Part shown: positions 48,214 to 57,752 of the stretch, piece after piece
Layout of the letters: each line of letters opens with the position of its first letter
Numbering within the stretch: the stretch's first letter is position 1
Assembly (NCBI GenBank): GCA_965248925.1
Contig: CBDFLE010000006.1
Span: 576,001-640,000, forward strand
Source: Candidatus Multivoradales bacterium
GTDB taxonomy: Bacteria; Acidobacteriota; Thermoanaerobaculia; Multivoradales; J023
Direction: 5' to 3'
Length of the DNA: 64,000 nt
The notes under the pieces: generated by a model
The model's database searches: none
What the model saw: only the letters and a program-made list of their open reading frames with translations
Told to the model about the DNA's origin: nothing
Position numbers and translations under genes: made by a program

Positions 48214-48319
48214 CCTCTGCCGACGCCCCGCAACTTTGGCTTAGGAAGGCTTCGGCGCCACTGACTCGCCGGCTTGCAGCTCCCGGCCATGGATCATCCA
48301 GAAACTGGCCCTCTCGGCC
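48214..48319. repeat. Right copy of the 106-bp direct repeat
   Basis: Contains the last codons and stop of the GMC oxidase gene. Confidence 0.92.
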
Positions 48320-49866
48320 AACGCGGCGATGGTCATCGACGGGTTGATCGCCAAGGCGGTGGGGATCATGCTGCCGTCGATCACATGGAGACCGGGATAA
48401 TTCCACACCTGTCCGCGGCCGTCGACCACACTATCGGCCGCGCTATCGCCCATGAAGCAGCCCCCCAGGGGATGAGCGGTGATCGTCTTGCGCAACGGCC
48501 AGGGCCAAACCATGCAAGGAACGTAGCGTCCCCCCAACTGCTCCACCATCTTGCGCATGGCCACCTGCATCTGGTCGTACATCGGCTTCGACAGCTTAGG
48601 ATTCCACCGCAAGTCGATCTCACCCCTGGTAAGCCGCAGCTGGCCATCCGCGGCATCCGAACCCATGCCGAGGAATGGCAGGAAGTGGCTGACACTGCCG
48701 CCCGCCAAGATCTGCTTAATCTGACGCTCGAGCATGCTGGTGGCAGGGGCAACGCCAAACATGGCCAGCAAATAGTCCTTGGCCAGGCGCAGCATGTCGG
48801 CGAACTTGGTCGGTGCTTGGATGCCGGCTAACAACCAGGCGAGTGGATTGGGCAGGCCGACGTCCTCGATAAACATCGCGTACTCCGCGGTCGACACATC
48901 GACCCCGGCGCTAATCGCCGGTCCCTGGGTGGGGTCGATCAAACGGTCACTTTCCAGCGAGCCGGCATAGGCAAAGTCGCCGTTGCCGGAGAAGCGCTGG
49001 CCAAGCTGCTCGCCGAGTTCCGGCAAGGTGCCATGCTGATCGCGGCAGCGCAGCAGCAACTCGCTGGAGCCGAGGGTACCGGCGGCCACCACCACCGTCT
49101 TGGCGGCATAGGAGAAGTCCTCGCGCGACACCGTTCCGGGATCGATCAAACGGCCGGAGACCCGATAGCCACCGCCCTTGAGCGGCTCGATCTGCCGCAC
49201 CCGATGGTGCTCGCGAATCACCGCACCGTGGCGCTCGGCGAGGGGCAGATAGTTGGTGTCGAGGGAGTTCTTGGAGCGCACCCGGCAGCCCAGCAGGCAG
49301 TTGGAGTTGTAGTTGCACGTTGCCTGCTCTTCGCCGGTGTAGGGGTTGCTCCGCGGAGCGCCGTTGTCGGCGAAATAGACCGCCAGATCCAGCAACTCGG
49401 GATCGCCGCCAGCGCCCTTGCTGGCGGCGAGAAAAGCCTGGGTGCGGGCTGGCAGCGGGCTACGCTCGGTAGCGGGCACTTTCTGCACCGCCAGCATCTT
49501 CGCCACCACGTCGTAATAAGGATCGAGCACTTGGCGGCGAATCTCCCGCGGCCACACCTGCTGCTCGAAAATCCGTGCCTGGGCTCGCTCGGTAACCGCG
49601 AAATAGTGCAGTGAGCCACCGCCGACGCCGACCCCGTTCATCACGTCCATGCCACGGAAGATCTTGTATTCGATGAATCCGTCGGTCTTATCCTTGATCC
49701 AGAACCCTGCCGCCACTTGGCCGGTTGAACGAGGGAAGTGATCAGCGGGCCAACGCCGCCCCTGCTCGAGAATCAACACCGAACGGCCTGCCTGCGCCAG
49801 CCGGCAAGCGGTCACCGCGCCCCCAAACCCGGAACCGACAACGACGACATCGTATAGCTCTGTCAT
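48241..49866 (-). CDS. GMC oxidoreductase, cholesterol oxidase (ChoD)-like
   Basis: GSGFGG, GVGGGSL, C..GC....KNSLD.NYL, TAHPLGG and NPS.TI.ALAER motifs; no signal peptide. Confidence 0.88.
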   Translation of the reverse strand: MTELYDVVVVGSGFGGAVTACRLAQAGRSVLILEQGRRWPADHFPRSTGQVAAGFWIKDKTDGFIEYKIFRGMDVMNGVGVGGGSLHYFAVTERAQARIFEQQVWPREIRRQVLDPYYDVVAKMLAVQKVPATERSPLPARTQAFLAASKGAGGDPELLDLAVYFADNGAPRSNPYTGEEQATCNYNSNCLLGCRVRSKNSLDTNYLPLAERHGAVIREHHRVRQIEPLKGGGYRVSGRLIDPGTVSREDFSYAAKTVVVAAGTLGSSELLLRCRDQHGTLPELGEQLGQRFSGNGDFAYAGSLESDRLIDPTQGPAISAGVDVSTAEYAMFIEDVGLPNPLAWLLAGIQAPTKFADMLRLAKDYLLAMFGVAPATSMLERQIKQILAGGSVSHFLPFLGMGSDAADGQLRLTRGEIDLRWNPKLSKPMYDQMQVAMRKMVEQLGGRYVPCMVWPWPLRKTITAHPLGGCFMGDSAADSVVDGRGQVWNYPGLHVIDGSMIPTALAINPSMTIAALAERASFWMIHGRELQAGESVAPKPS

Positions 49867-49977
49867 GCGGCAGCCTCCTGAAGAGTGAATAGAAACCTTC
49901 CAGACTGACCGGTGATTCCCGTCCGCGCACCGCCGCACGAACGGCAAGCCCACGCCCCTCACCAATCACTGAATGAA

Positions 49978-49992
49978 TGGCGCCCATTGTGC
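49978..49992 (+). promoter_or_regulatory. Possible sigma54 promoter
   Basis: TGGCGCCCATTGTGC with GG-N10-GC spacing; 13/15 identical to the site at 9872. Confidence 0.4.
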
Positions 49993-50175
49993 GCCTAAAA
50001 CCGGCTGGGAGCAAACGTCCGACCCGCCGGCGAGAAAGTGCGGAACGAATCAGCTCTTTCACCCTCCTCTTGCGCGTCAGTGGTTGGAAGACGGTCCACA
50101 ACTGTCGGCGCCGTTGGGCAGCCGCTGGCCTTCCGAACTTGGGGAAGTGAAGCCAAGCCGTTACGAGGAGAAAAA

Positions 50176-51849
50176 ATGAAGCATTCGAAGCGATCCAGCT
50201 ACAACTTGATCCGCTGCCTGATAACCCTGGCCGTCCTGACTACCCTGGCGAGCCCGCTCGCCGCCCAAGTGGAGCAGGAATTCAGCGACGACTTCCCGCG
50301 TCTCGAAATCCGCGGTCGGTGGCCCCGCGGTATCAGATGTGTGGAGGAAACTCGCAAAGTCTGCCTTCCAGAAGGCTGTACCTTGGATCTCAGCCGGAGC
50401 CACAGCACGAGCCAACACGAAGGAGGCTTCGGCCAAGGCGGACCGGGGTATGGAATCTTCATCTCCTCGCTCAACCGCCCGGGTGGCGGCAACGCCACCT
50501 ACCACCTCGACGCCGCGAGCCGCTGCCTGATCTCCAGAGTCAAGGTCTGCGGCTTCGCGCGACAGCGCGGCTGGTATGAGGGGCGGCACGTCATCTACGG
50601 CCGCTGCCAAGGTGATTGTGCCTGTAGCGAAGACCAGGACTGCGCCCTGGGCCAGGTCTGCGAAACCACGGTGCTGGGCGACTGTGATTCGCCAAGGCGC
50701 CACTGCGTGCCCGGCTGCCGGGCGGGTGCGCGGGGCTGTGCGGGCGGTGACCAATGCTCCCAAGTCGTCTGCAAAACATGCCCCTGTCCCGACCTCTGTG
50801 AATCTCTCGATCCACCCATCTCAACCTGCAAGTGCCCCGAGGGCCATTGGTACGACAACAACCGCCAAAGCTGCGTCACCACCGCCTGCGAAAGCGTCCC
50901 CGGCCTGCCCGATGGCGACAAAGGCGGCGGCTACTTCGCCTGGAGCGGCCACCTCTTCATCGACACTCCGGGAGCCGACTGTGGCGAGGATTTGACGGTC
51001 ACGGCTACACCGACCGTCGAAGTCGGCTGCGATCGATTCGGTGGGACCAAGACCGAAGTAGAGATCCAGATCAATGGCGGCAGCGGCCCCTACACTTGCC
51101 AAGGCCCCGCCTCCAACTTTCCGCTGCAGGTGACCGGTTCCGTCTGCCTTGCAAAAGCGGTTCCTTTTGGTACCCAGACCTTCACCATCGTCGATGCCAA
51201 TGGGCAAGAAGCCAAGGTCGATGTGGTGCTGAAGGACGCGATCACTTTGCAGGCTGGCACCACCAACCCTCCCTCTTGCTGCGATTGCGCCGATGGCTCC
51301 GCATCGGTGATCGCCAGCGGCGACAACGGGCCCTTCAGTTTTCGTTGGAACGATCCGGCAGTTACCCAGACCATCGAGGCCAGCGAGGCCAGCGAGGCCA
51401 GCGGTCTCGCCGCCGGCACCTACTCGATCCTCGTTTCCGATCAGCAGGGCTGCTTCCGAAAGATCGAGGTCACTGTCCCCAAGCTACCCGGCTGCTCAAC
51501 CTCTGAACCACCGGTGGGCCCTCCAGATAACAACATCAGCTACTGGCGCTTGGGCCAGCTGCAAGTCGGCCGGATCTACCCGACAACGGTCACCGCCAAG
51601 AACATCAATTGCAAAGGCAAGCGCGACTTCGAAGTCAGCATCGAAGACACACCCTGGTTCAGGGTGACCGGCCCCACGGTGCTGCGCAAGATTCGACCGG
51701 GGAAGAGCTTGGTCACCGAAGCGGCAGTCGACCTGCGCAATGTCGAGCCCGGCGAGTACCGTGGCCGGATGGTGGTGCGTTGTCTGAACTGCCCACCGCG
51801 CTGTAAACAAAGTCAGTCGATCTTCGAACTACAAGTCACCGCGGAGTGA
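50176..51849 (+). CDS. Secreted Cys-rich mosaic protein with SprB-like repeats
   Basis: GAGGAG RBS and signal peptide; Cys-rich modules; GG.GPY and GL.AGTY...V.D..GC segments. Confidence 0.75.
   Translation: MKHSKRSSYNLIRCLITLAVLTTLASPLAAQVEQEFSDDFPRLEIRGRWPRGIRCVEETRKVCLPEGCTLDLSRSHSTSQHEGGFGQGGPGYGIFISSLNRPGGGNATYHLDAASRCLISRVKVCGFARQRGWYEGRHVIYGRCQGDCACSEDQDCALGQVCETTVLGDCDSPRRHCVPGCRAGARGCAGGDQCSQVVCKTCPCPDLCESLDPPISTCKCPEGHWYDNNRQSCVTTACESVPGLPDGDKGGGYFAWSGHLFIDTPGADCGEDLTVTATPTVEVGCDRFGGTKTEVEIQINGGSGPYTCQGPASNFPLQVTGSVCLAKAVPFGTQTFTIVDANGQEAKVDVVLKDAITLQAGTTNPPSCCDCADGSASVIASGDNGPFSFRWNDPAVTQTIEASEASEASGLAAGTYSILVSDQQGCFRKIEVTVPKLPGCSTSEPPVGPPDNNISYWRLGQLQVGRIYPTTVTAKNINCKGKRDFEVSIEDTPWFRVTGPTVLRKIRPGKSLVTEAAVDLRNVEPGEYRGRMVVRCLNCPPRCKQSQSIFELQVTAE
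51375..51403 (+). repeat. 9-bp tandem repeat CGAGGCCAG x3 (encodes EAS)
   Basis: Directly visible and in frame. Confidence 0.85.
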
Positions 51850-51899
51850 AGCCTCAAGTAATCATCAAAGACCCTAGAACTCGGATCGAGGAAAAACCC

Positions 51900-53486
51900 A
51901 TGAATCGCACGCAAGCAATCATCGCAATCTTAGCCCTGGCATTAACCTGTCCGTTGACGTCCTTTGCAACCACATTTCACATTACCGACTCTGCTGATGA
52001 CTTCACCCCCAACGGCAACTGCACCTTGCGAGAGGCAATCGTCGCGGCGAACCTCGATCGGATGGTCGATGAATGTCCACCGGGCTCTGCCGGAGATCTC
52101 ATCGAGTTGGACAACCAGATCTACACCCTCACGTTAGGAGGAGAAGACGATTTCGGAAAATATGGAGATCTCGACATCACCGAAGATCTCATCATCGAAG
52201 GCAATGGTGCCCTAATCACTATCGATCTAAATTCAGACTTTGTCGGCCAGCGAATATTCGAAATCTGGAATAATGTCGAGATCCACAACCTGGTGATTCG
52301 TGGGGCCTACGCAGCGCAGGAAGGAGCTGCGTTCGCGATCCGCCAATACGGCACCTTGAAACTGACGGACAGCCTGGTGCTCGACTGCCACAGTGATCAA
52401 GGCGGCGGAGCGGCCTACGTTGGTGTTGGTGCTGAGCTAACCTTGGGAAACGCTCGCTTTATTCGCAACTCCACCGGCCGCATAGGTGGCGCTTTGTGGA
52501 TCGACGGCGGCGAAGTCAGTGTTGTCTCCCAGGTGATTCTGGGTGGCAATAGAGCCGATGTCGAGGGTGGTGGCTTGTATATCAGCAGCGGCACGTTAAT
52601 GGGTAGCGGTCTGCGGATCCTGGCCAACCGCGCAGGAGACAGCGCTGGCTTCGTCTTCGAAGGAGCGACGGTAAACCTTGAGAATCTCAATCTCGCGTCG
52701 AACGAAGCAGAGTTCGCTTTCTCGATTGGCCGAATCTCGGCAAGTGATGTGCAGCTGAACCGGGCCGACCTCCGTGCCAATCGAACGGTCGACTTATCAA
52801 CGATACCTTGGGCGCTCCTCTTCTCCGAGCACTCTCAGGTGCGAATCGAAGATTCGAGGATCGCGGGCAACCAAGGAAGCATTCAAATAGACTACAACGC
52901 CTCGGTTACATTATCCAGATCTTCGATCACTGGCAATAAGATCGGAGGTAGCGCGGTCCGGGATGGAGCGGTGCTAGCCGTCGACGGGGCGGAACTCTTC
53001 CTCACCAACGTAACGGTAGCTGAGAACACCGCAATGCACGGCTCGGTCGAGCATGCGGTGAAGGGTGCCAGCCTGATCTCCAGCAGCACCCTACTCGGCG
53101 GGCATGTATCCGGGCGGATTCGTAACAGTATTATCGAGAGTTGTGAAACACTGGGGATCACTTCATTTGGCAACAACATAGTTCGCGGGCCGGGGTGCCA
53201 TGGGGCAGCCGCCTCTGATCTCACCGGAGTCAACCCACTCGCACCAGGTCTGCGCAACTTTAGTGGCCTAACCTCAGTTATGACCCTCGACCCAGGCAGC
53301 GTGGCGATCGATGGCGGCGATTCTGCCGGCTGCCTGGACGAGGCTGGTCAAGCGCTCGCTGTGGACCAAACCGGGCACCCGCGACACATCGGTCAGTCGG
53401 GCGCAGGCAGATGCGATATCGGGGCCTTCGAATTCGATCCTGATCGCCCGCCAGCAGGCGGCGGCAGCGGCCCGCCCCACATCTGA
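51900..53486 (+). CDS. CSLREA-domain beta-helix protein with a choice-of-anchor-Q-like C-terminus
   Basis: Signal peptide; CTLREAI, N.A..GG repeats, DQ.G.PR...CDIGAFE. Confidence 0.85.
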   Translation: MNRTQAIIAILALALTCPLTSFATTFHITDSADDFTPNGNCTLREAIVAANLDRMVDECPPGSAGDLIELDNQIYTLTLGGEDDFGKYGDLDITEDLIIEGNGALITIDLNSDFVGQRIFEIWNNVEIHNLVIRGAYAAQEGAAFAIRQYGTLKLTDSLVLDCHSDQGGGAAYVGVGAELTLGNARFIRNSTGRIGGALWIDGGEVSVVSQVILGGNRADVEGGGLYISSGTLMGSGLRILANRAGDSAGFVFEGATVNLENLNLASNEAEFAFSIGRISASDVQLNRADLRANRTVDLSTIPWALLFSEHSQVRIEDSRIAGNQGSIQIDYNASVTLSRSSITGNKIGGSAVRDGAVLAVDGAELFLTNVTVAENTAMHGSVEHAVKGASLISSSTLLGGHVSGRIRNSIIESCETLGITSFGNNIVRGPGCHGAAASDLTGVNPLAPGLRNFSGLTSVMTLDPGSVAIDGGDSAGCLDEAGQALAVDQTGHPRHIGQSGAGRCDIGAFEFDPDRPPAGGGSGPPHI

Positions 53487-53496
53487 CCCTGGACTG

Positions 53497-56157
53497 CTAT
53501 TCACTTTCCAAGGCCGCTGCCTGCCCGGCGCGGCCAGTTTGCCGGTAGAGAGCCGCCAGGCGCGCCGTCGCCTCGCGGCTCTCTTGCGACTTGGGCCTGG
53601 AATTGAGCCCCTCTTGGCTGGCGCGCAAGAGCGACTCTGCTGCCACCAGCCGGCCTTGTTCCAACAATGCACCGCCGAGGACACTCTCGGCGCGCGAGAT
53701 CTGCCACCGCCGGTCACCCTCGGCCGCTCGCTCCAACGCTATCGCCTCGCGTATCAGCCTCTCTGCTACATCTGGCCGGCCGAGGTCGAGTTGCACATTG
53801 GCGAGATGGTAGAGGTTGGTTGCCAACAGCCCGGCAGCCCCTTCCTCAGCGCGAAAAATCAGTAGGGCTTGCTGTAACATCGCCTCCGCCTGGCGCGGCT
53901 CACCGAGTGCTCTCAGCACTACCGCCAGGCTGGTCAGGCTGCGGCCGATTTCCGGATGATCAGCGGAATAGACCCGGCGACGGATATCGAGGGACTCGCG
54001 GAAGAGGTCGCGAGCGCGCTCGATCTCCCCTTTGCGCCAGTGGGTGGAGGCCAGGCTGAAAAGCACCACCGCAATCTTCGGATGCGGCCGGTCGAACAAC
54101 TGACGCAGAATCGCCAACGCCTCCTCCTGCAACCGTTCGGCATCGGACAGGCGGCCCTCGGCGAGGTGCAGGTTGGCCAGATTGGACAGGATCCTCGCTT
54201 CGTCGAGCGGCCGCGAGCCCAAGTCGCGAAAGATCTCCAAAGCCTGCTGGTAGCTCAGTAGCGCTTCCTCTATCCGGCCCTGGCTTCGCAACGTGGTGGC
54301 CAACCGATCGTGGGTGGTGGCCACCTTTGGGTGAGAGCCTCCCAGCAGCGCACGGTAACTCGCCAGGTTATCCTGCAACAGCCTTTCAGCCTCTTGCACC
54401 CTGCCTTGATACCGACGCACCTGGGCCAGCTCGTCCAACACCGCCAGACACCGCGCATCGCCAGCTGCCAGCGGCTCGAGCAGACGCTTCGCTTCGGCCA
54501 ACGATTGCTCGGCAGCATCGACCTCGGCGAGCTGCAAGTCGATGGAAGCGGTCAAGACCAGGGCACCGGCCAACTCTGAGTGATCGCTGAGCTGGCGGGC
54601 AATGGCGCTGGCCGCCGCCGCGTGCTGACGCGCCTCGCCATAGAAGCCGAGAGCCCGATAGATCTCCGCCAGGGTTAGGTGAAAGCCCATCCCGGTGCGC
54701 GGCTCCACCGCCAGAGAACCAGCGAGCAATAGCCGACCTCCACGGTCGAGCATCTCGCGGACGGTCAGCTGCTCCTTGCCGGTGGCTCGATTGGAGGCCT
54801 CGAACAAGCTCTTCAGGAAGCCGCTCAGCTGCTCCGCACCCCGCTGCGCCTCAGCCGCCCGGTCCCGCTCGCGGACCACCTCCCCACGTTGCATCGCCAT
54901 CGCCAAGCCAAAGCCCAGAACGGCGAGGAACAAAGCCGCCCCCAGACCCACCGCCATGGCATTGCGGCGCAGAAACTTGCTCCAGCGATAGCCCAGCGAA
55001 TCGCCGCGCGCTCGCACCGGCAAGCCGCGGCAATGCAGGTCGAGGTCATCAGCTAGCTCGGCGGCTGATTCATAGCGTCGATAGGGCTCCTTGCGCAGCG
55101 CCTTGAGCACGATGGTGTCGAGATCACCGCGCAGAGCACGGCGCAAACGTGCCGGCTCGGTACCGCGGGCAGCGGCTAGCTGTTGCACGTCTACCGAGTC
55201 GCCTGAGGGCGACGCCGACCGGTCTACTACCGTGCTCGGCCGATCAGGCATTCGCCGACAGACCTGCTCGACGACCTCGGCCGGCGAGCAGCCTGCGAGA
55301 TTGTAAGGCGGCCGGCAGGCGAGCAGGCGGTAGAGCAACACGCCGAGAGAATAGACATCGGCGGCGGTGGAAATCGGCTGCCCCAGCATCTGCTCCGGGC
55401 AAGCGTACTCGGGAGTCATCAGCTGCATCACTTCCGAGGTCGGCACGAAAGACTTAGCCGACAACTCGGGGTTGAGCAGCTTGGCGATACCGAAGTCGAG
55501 CAGCTTCACCCTGCCCGTAGAATCGACGAGGATATTCGACGGTTTTAGATCGCGATGGACGACCAGATTCTGATGGGCAAAATGCACCGCCGCACAGACC
55601 CGCCGAAAGAGTTCCAAACGCTCTTCCAGACGCAGCTTGCGCGAGTCGCAGAAATGGTCGATCGGCTCACCTTCGATGAACTCCATCACCAGATAGGGCA
55701 AACCGTCCTCGGTGGTGCCGCCGTCGAGCAGCCGGGCGATATTTGGATGGTCGAGAGCCGCCAGAATCTGCCGTTCGGCCTGAAGGCGCTTGACCCAACC
55801 CTCCCCTTCGAGCCCACGCCGCAGCAACTTGATGGCAACCCGCTTTTGGAACTCCGCATCCGCCCGCAGCGCCAAGTACACCGCTCCCATGCCGCCATCA
55901 CCGAGGCGCCGCTGCAGGCGATAGGCACCCAAACGAGAGCCGAGCCGCGAGTCGGCCAATGACTCGGAAGCGGCAATCGGTGATTGCTCGAGGAAGTCCG
56001 CCGCTTTGCCGTGGGCGGTCAGCAGCGAAGCGACTTCGCGACCGAGTTCATCATCGGCCGCGCACGCTGCCGACAAATAGTCTTCGCGCTCCTCCGGCGA
56101 CCGCTCTAGGGCGGCACCGAAGATCTGCCGTGCGCGAGCATAGAACTCAGCTTTCAT
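53497..56157 (-). CDS. Membrane Ser/Thr kinase with TPR repeats
   Basis: GDGGMG.VY, VAIK, HRDLKPSN, DFG and PEQ motifs; TM helix; TPRs. Confidence 0.95.
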   Translation of the reverse strand: MKAEFYARARQIFGAALERSPEEREDYLSAACAADDELGREVASLLTAHGKAADFLEQSPIAASESLADSRLGSRLGAYRLQRRLGDGGMGAVYLALRADAEFQKRVAIKLLRRGLEGEGWVKRLQAERQILAALDHPNIARLLDGGTTEDGLPYLVMEFIEGEPIDHFCDSRKLRLEERLELFRRVCAAVHFAHQNLVVHRDLKPSNILVDSTGRVKLLDFGIAKLLNPELSAKSFVPTSEVMQLMTPEYACPEQMLGQPISTAADVYSLGVLLYRLLACRPPYNLAGCSPAEVVEQVCRRMPDRPSTVVDRSASPSGDSVDVQQLAAARGTEPARLRRALRGDLDTIVLKALRKEPYRRYESAAELADDLDLHCRGLPVRARGDSLGYRWSKFLRRNAMAVGLGAALFLAVLGFGLAMAMQRGEVVRERDRAAEAQRGAEQLSGFLKSLFEASNRATGKEQLTVREMLDRGGRLLLAGSLAVEPRTGMGFHLTLAEIYRALGFYGEARQHAAAASAIARQLSDHSELAGALVLTASIDLQLAEVDAAEQSLAEAKRLLEPLAAGDARCLAVLDELAQVRRYQGRVQEAERLLQDNLASYRALLGGSHPKVATTHDRLATTLRSQGRIEEALLSYQQALEIFRDLGSRPLDEARILSNLANLHLAEGRLSDAERLQEEALAILRQLFDRPHPKIAVVLFSLASTHWRKGEIERARDLFRESLDIRRRVYSADHPEIGRSLTSLAVVLRALGEPRQAEAMLQQALLIFRAEEGAAGLLATNLYHLANVQLDLGRPDVAERLIREAIALERAAEGDRRWQISRAESVLGGALLEQGRLVAAESLLRASQEGLNSRPKSQESREATARLAALYRQTGRAGQAAALESE

Positions 56158-56197
56158 CGCGCACCTCGGCCCCCCCTAGGACGGTAGAAAAGTTCCT

Positions 56198-56770
56198 TCA
56201 GTCGGCAGCCATCTGCCGATAGAGCCATGCCTTGGCCATATTCCAATCAAGCTTCACGGTGGCCGGCGACACACCTAGGACCACTGCCGCATCGGCAATG
56301 GTGAGGCCGCCGAAATAGCGTAGCTCGACCACCTTGCTCTGCCGCGGCGCGAGCTTGTTCAGCGCCTCCAAGGCGTCGTCAAGCGCCACCAGATCAGTGC
56401 CGCGTTGGCTCACCCCGCCCAGGGCCTCGTCAAACACCACGGTCAGCGCCCCGGCACCGCGTTTGGCCGACAGCCGGCGGCGGGCGTGGTCGACCAGCAC
56501 CCGGCGCATTGCCTGGGCGGCGAGGCCGAAGAACTGCGCTCGGTTGCGCCAATCGACCCGATCTTGATCGACCAAACGCAGGAATGCCTCGTTGACCAAG
56601 GCGGTTGGCTGCAAGGTGTGCTCGGCCCGTTCGCGACGAAGCAAAGAGGCGGCGCGCCAGCGCAGCTCACCGTAGACGCTCTCGATCAGCGAGTCGAGCG
56701 CCATAGCATCACCGCGGCTCCAATCGAGCAACAACTGAGTGACATCGTGCGAATTCGCCGCGGTTTGCAT
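56198..56770 (-). CDS. ECF sigma factor, kinase-associated type
   Basis: HTLQPTALV.EA.L.L and VELRYFGGL motifs. Confidence 0.93.
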   Translation of the reverse strand: MQTAANSHDVTQLLLDWSRGDAMALDSLIESVYGELRWRAASLLRRERAEHTLQPTALVNEAFLRLVDQDRVDWRNRAQFFGLAAQAMRRVLVDHARRRLSAKRGAGALTVVFDEALGGVSQRGTDLVALDDALEALNKLAPRQSKVVELRYFGGLTIADAAVVLGVSPATVKLDWNMAKAWLYRQMAAD

Positions 56771-56890
56771 GGGTTAGGGCGCAGCCTACCACCCCATTGG
56801 CAAACCGCGGCGCGATGGAATCCGCACCTGAGTCGCGGCTTGGGTACAATCGGTCTTCCGATCCCACGTACCCTCCGAGGAGAGATCTCG

Positions 56891-57679
56891 ATGACCGAAG
56901 ACACCCGCGACGTCGTGCTGCTCGAGCGCCAAGGCCGCGTAGCCCTCTTGACCGTCAATCGCCCCGACAAGCTCAACGCCCTCAACCAGGCGGTCCGCGA
57001 TCGCACCATCGAGCTGCTCGAAGAGGTCGAAGCCGACGACGACCTCGGCGTGGTGGTGGTCACCGGTGCGGGAGAGAAAGCCTTCATCGCCGGCGCCGAC
57101 ATCGGCGAATTCGCCGGCCGTTCGCCGATGGATCAGCGCCACGCCATGCGCTTCCCCCGCATCTACGACGTCATGGCGGGATTCTCCAAACCGGTGATCG
57201 CGATGATCGGCGGCTTCTGTCTCGGTGGCGGCTGCGAAGTAGCGATGTCCTGCGACATCCGCATCGCCTCGGCCAAAGCCCGTTTCGGCCAGCCCGAGAT
57301 CAAGCTCGGCCTGATCCCCGGCGGCGGCGGCACCCAACGCCTCCCACGGCTGGTGGGAGTAGGACAGGCGATGAAGCTGATCCTCACCGGCGACCTGATC
57401 GACGCCCAAGAAGCCCTGCGCATCGGCCTGGTAGACGAGGTTCACCCCGCCGAAGAGTTGCGCCAGAAGACCCTCGAGCTGGCCGACAAGATCGCCAGCA
57501 GGAGCCCGCTGACCACCCGCATCGCCAAAGAAGCGATCCACGCCAGCCAGCGCCTGCCGATCGACGAAGGCTCCCGCTATGAGCGCGAACTGTTCAGTCT
57601 GCTGTTCTCCAGCGAGGATAAGGCCGAAGGGGTCGATGCCTTCCTCAACAAACGCAAGGCGGAGTGGAAAGGACGCTGA
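56891..57679 (+). CDS. Enoyl-CoA hydratase/isomerase
   Basis: FIAGAD, GGGCE and PE..LG..PG.GG motifs. Confidence 0.93.
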   Translation: MTEDTRDVVLLERQGRVALLTVNRPDKLNALNQAVRDRTIELLEEVEADDDLGVVVVTGAGEKAFIAGADIGEFAGRSPMDQRHAMRFPRIYDVMAGFSKPVIAMIGGFCLGGGCEVAMSCDIRIASAKARFGQPEIKLGLIPGGGGTQRLPRLVGVGQAMKLILTGDLIDAQEALRIGLVDEVHPAEELRQKTLELADKIASRSPLTTRIAKEAIHASQRLPIDEGSRYERELFSLLFSSEDKAEGVDAFLNKRKAEWKGR

Positions 57680-57752
57680 AGCTGGTCTAGTCAGTATCGG
57701 CTGTAGAAGCGTTCTAGGCGGCCCGGCGCTATACTCACCTGAAGAGAGAGCT

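Larger units (their letters stand above)
40337..48319. mobile_element. Putative genomic island at the 3' end of the GMC oxidase gene, no integrase seen
   Basis: Flanking direct repeats; contents are unknown ORFs, an HTH-TPR gene and an IS. Confidence 0.7.
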
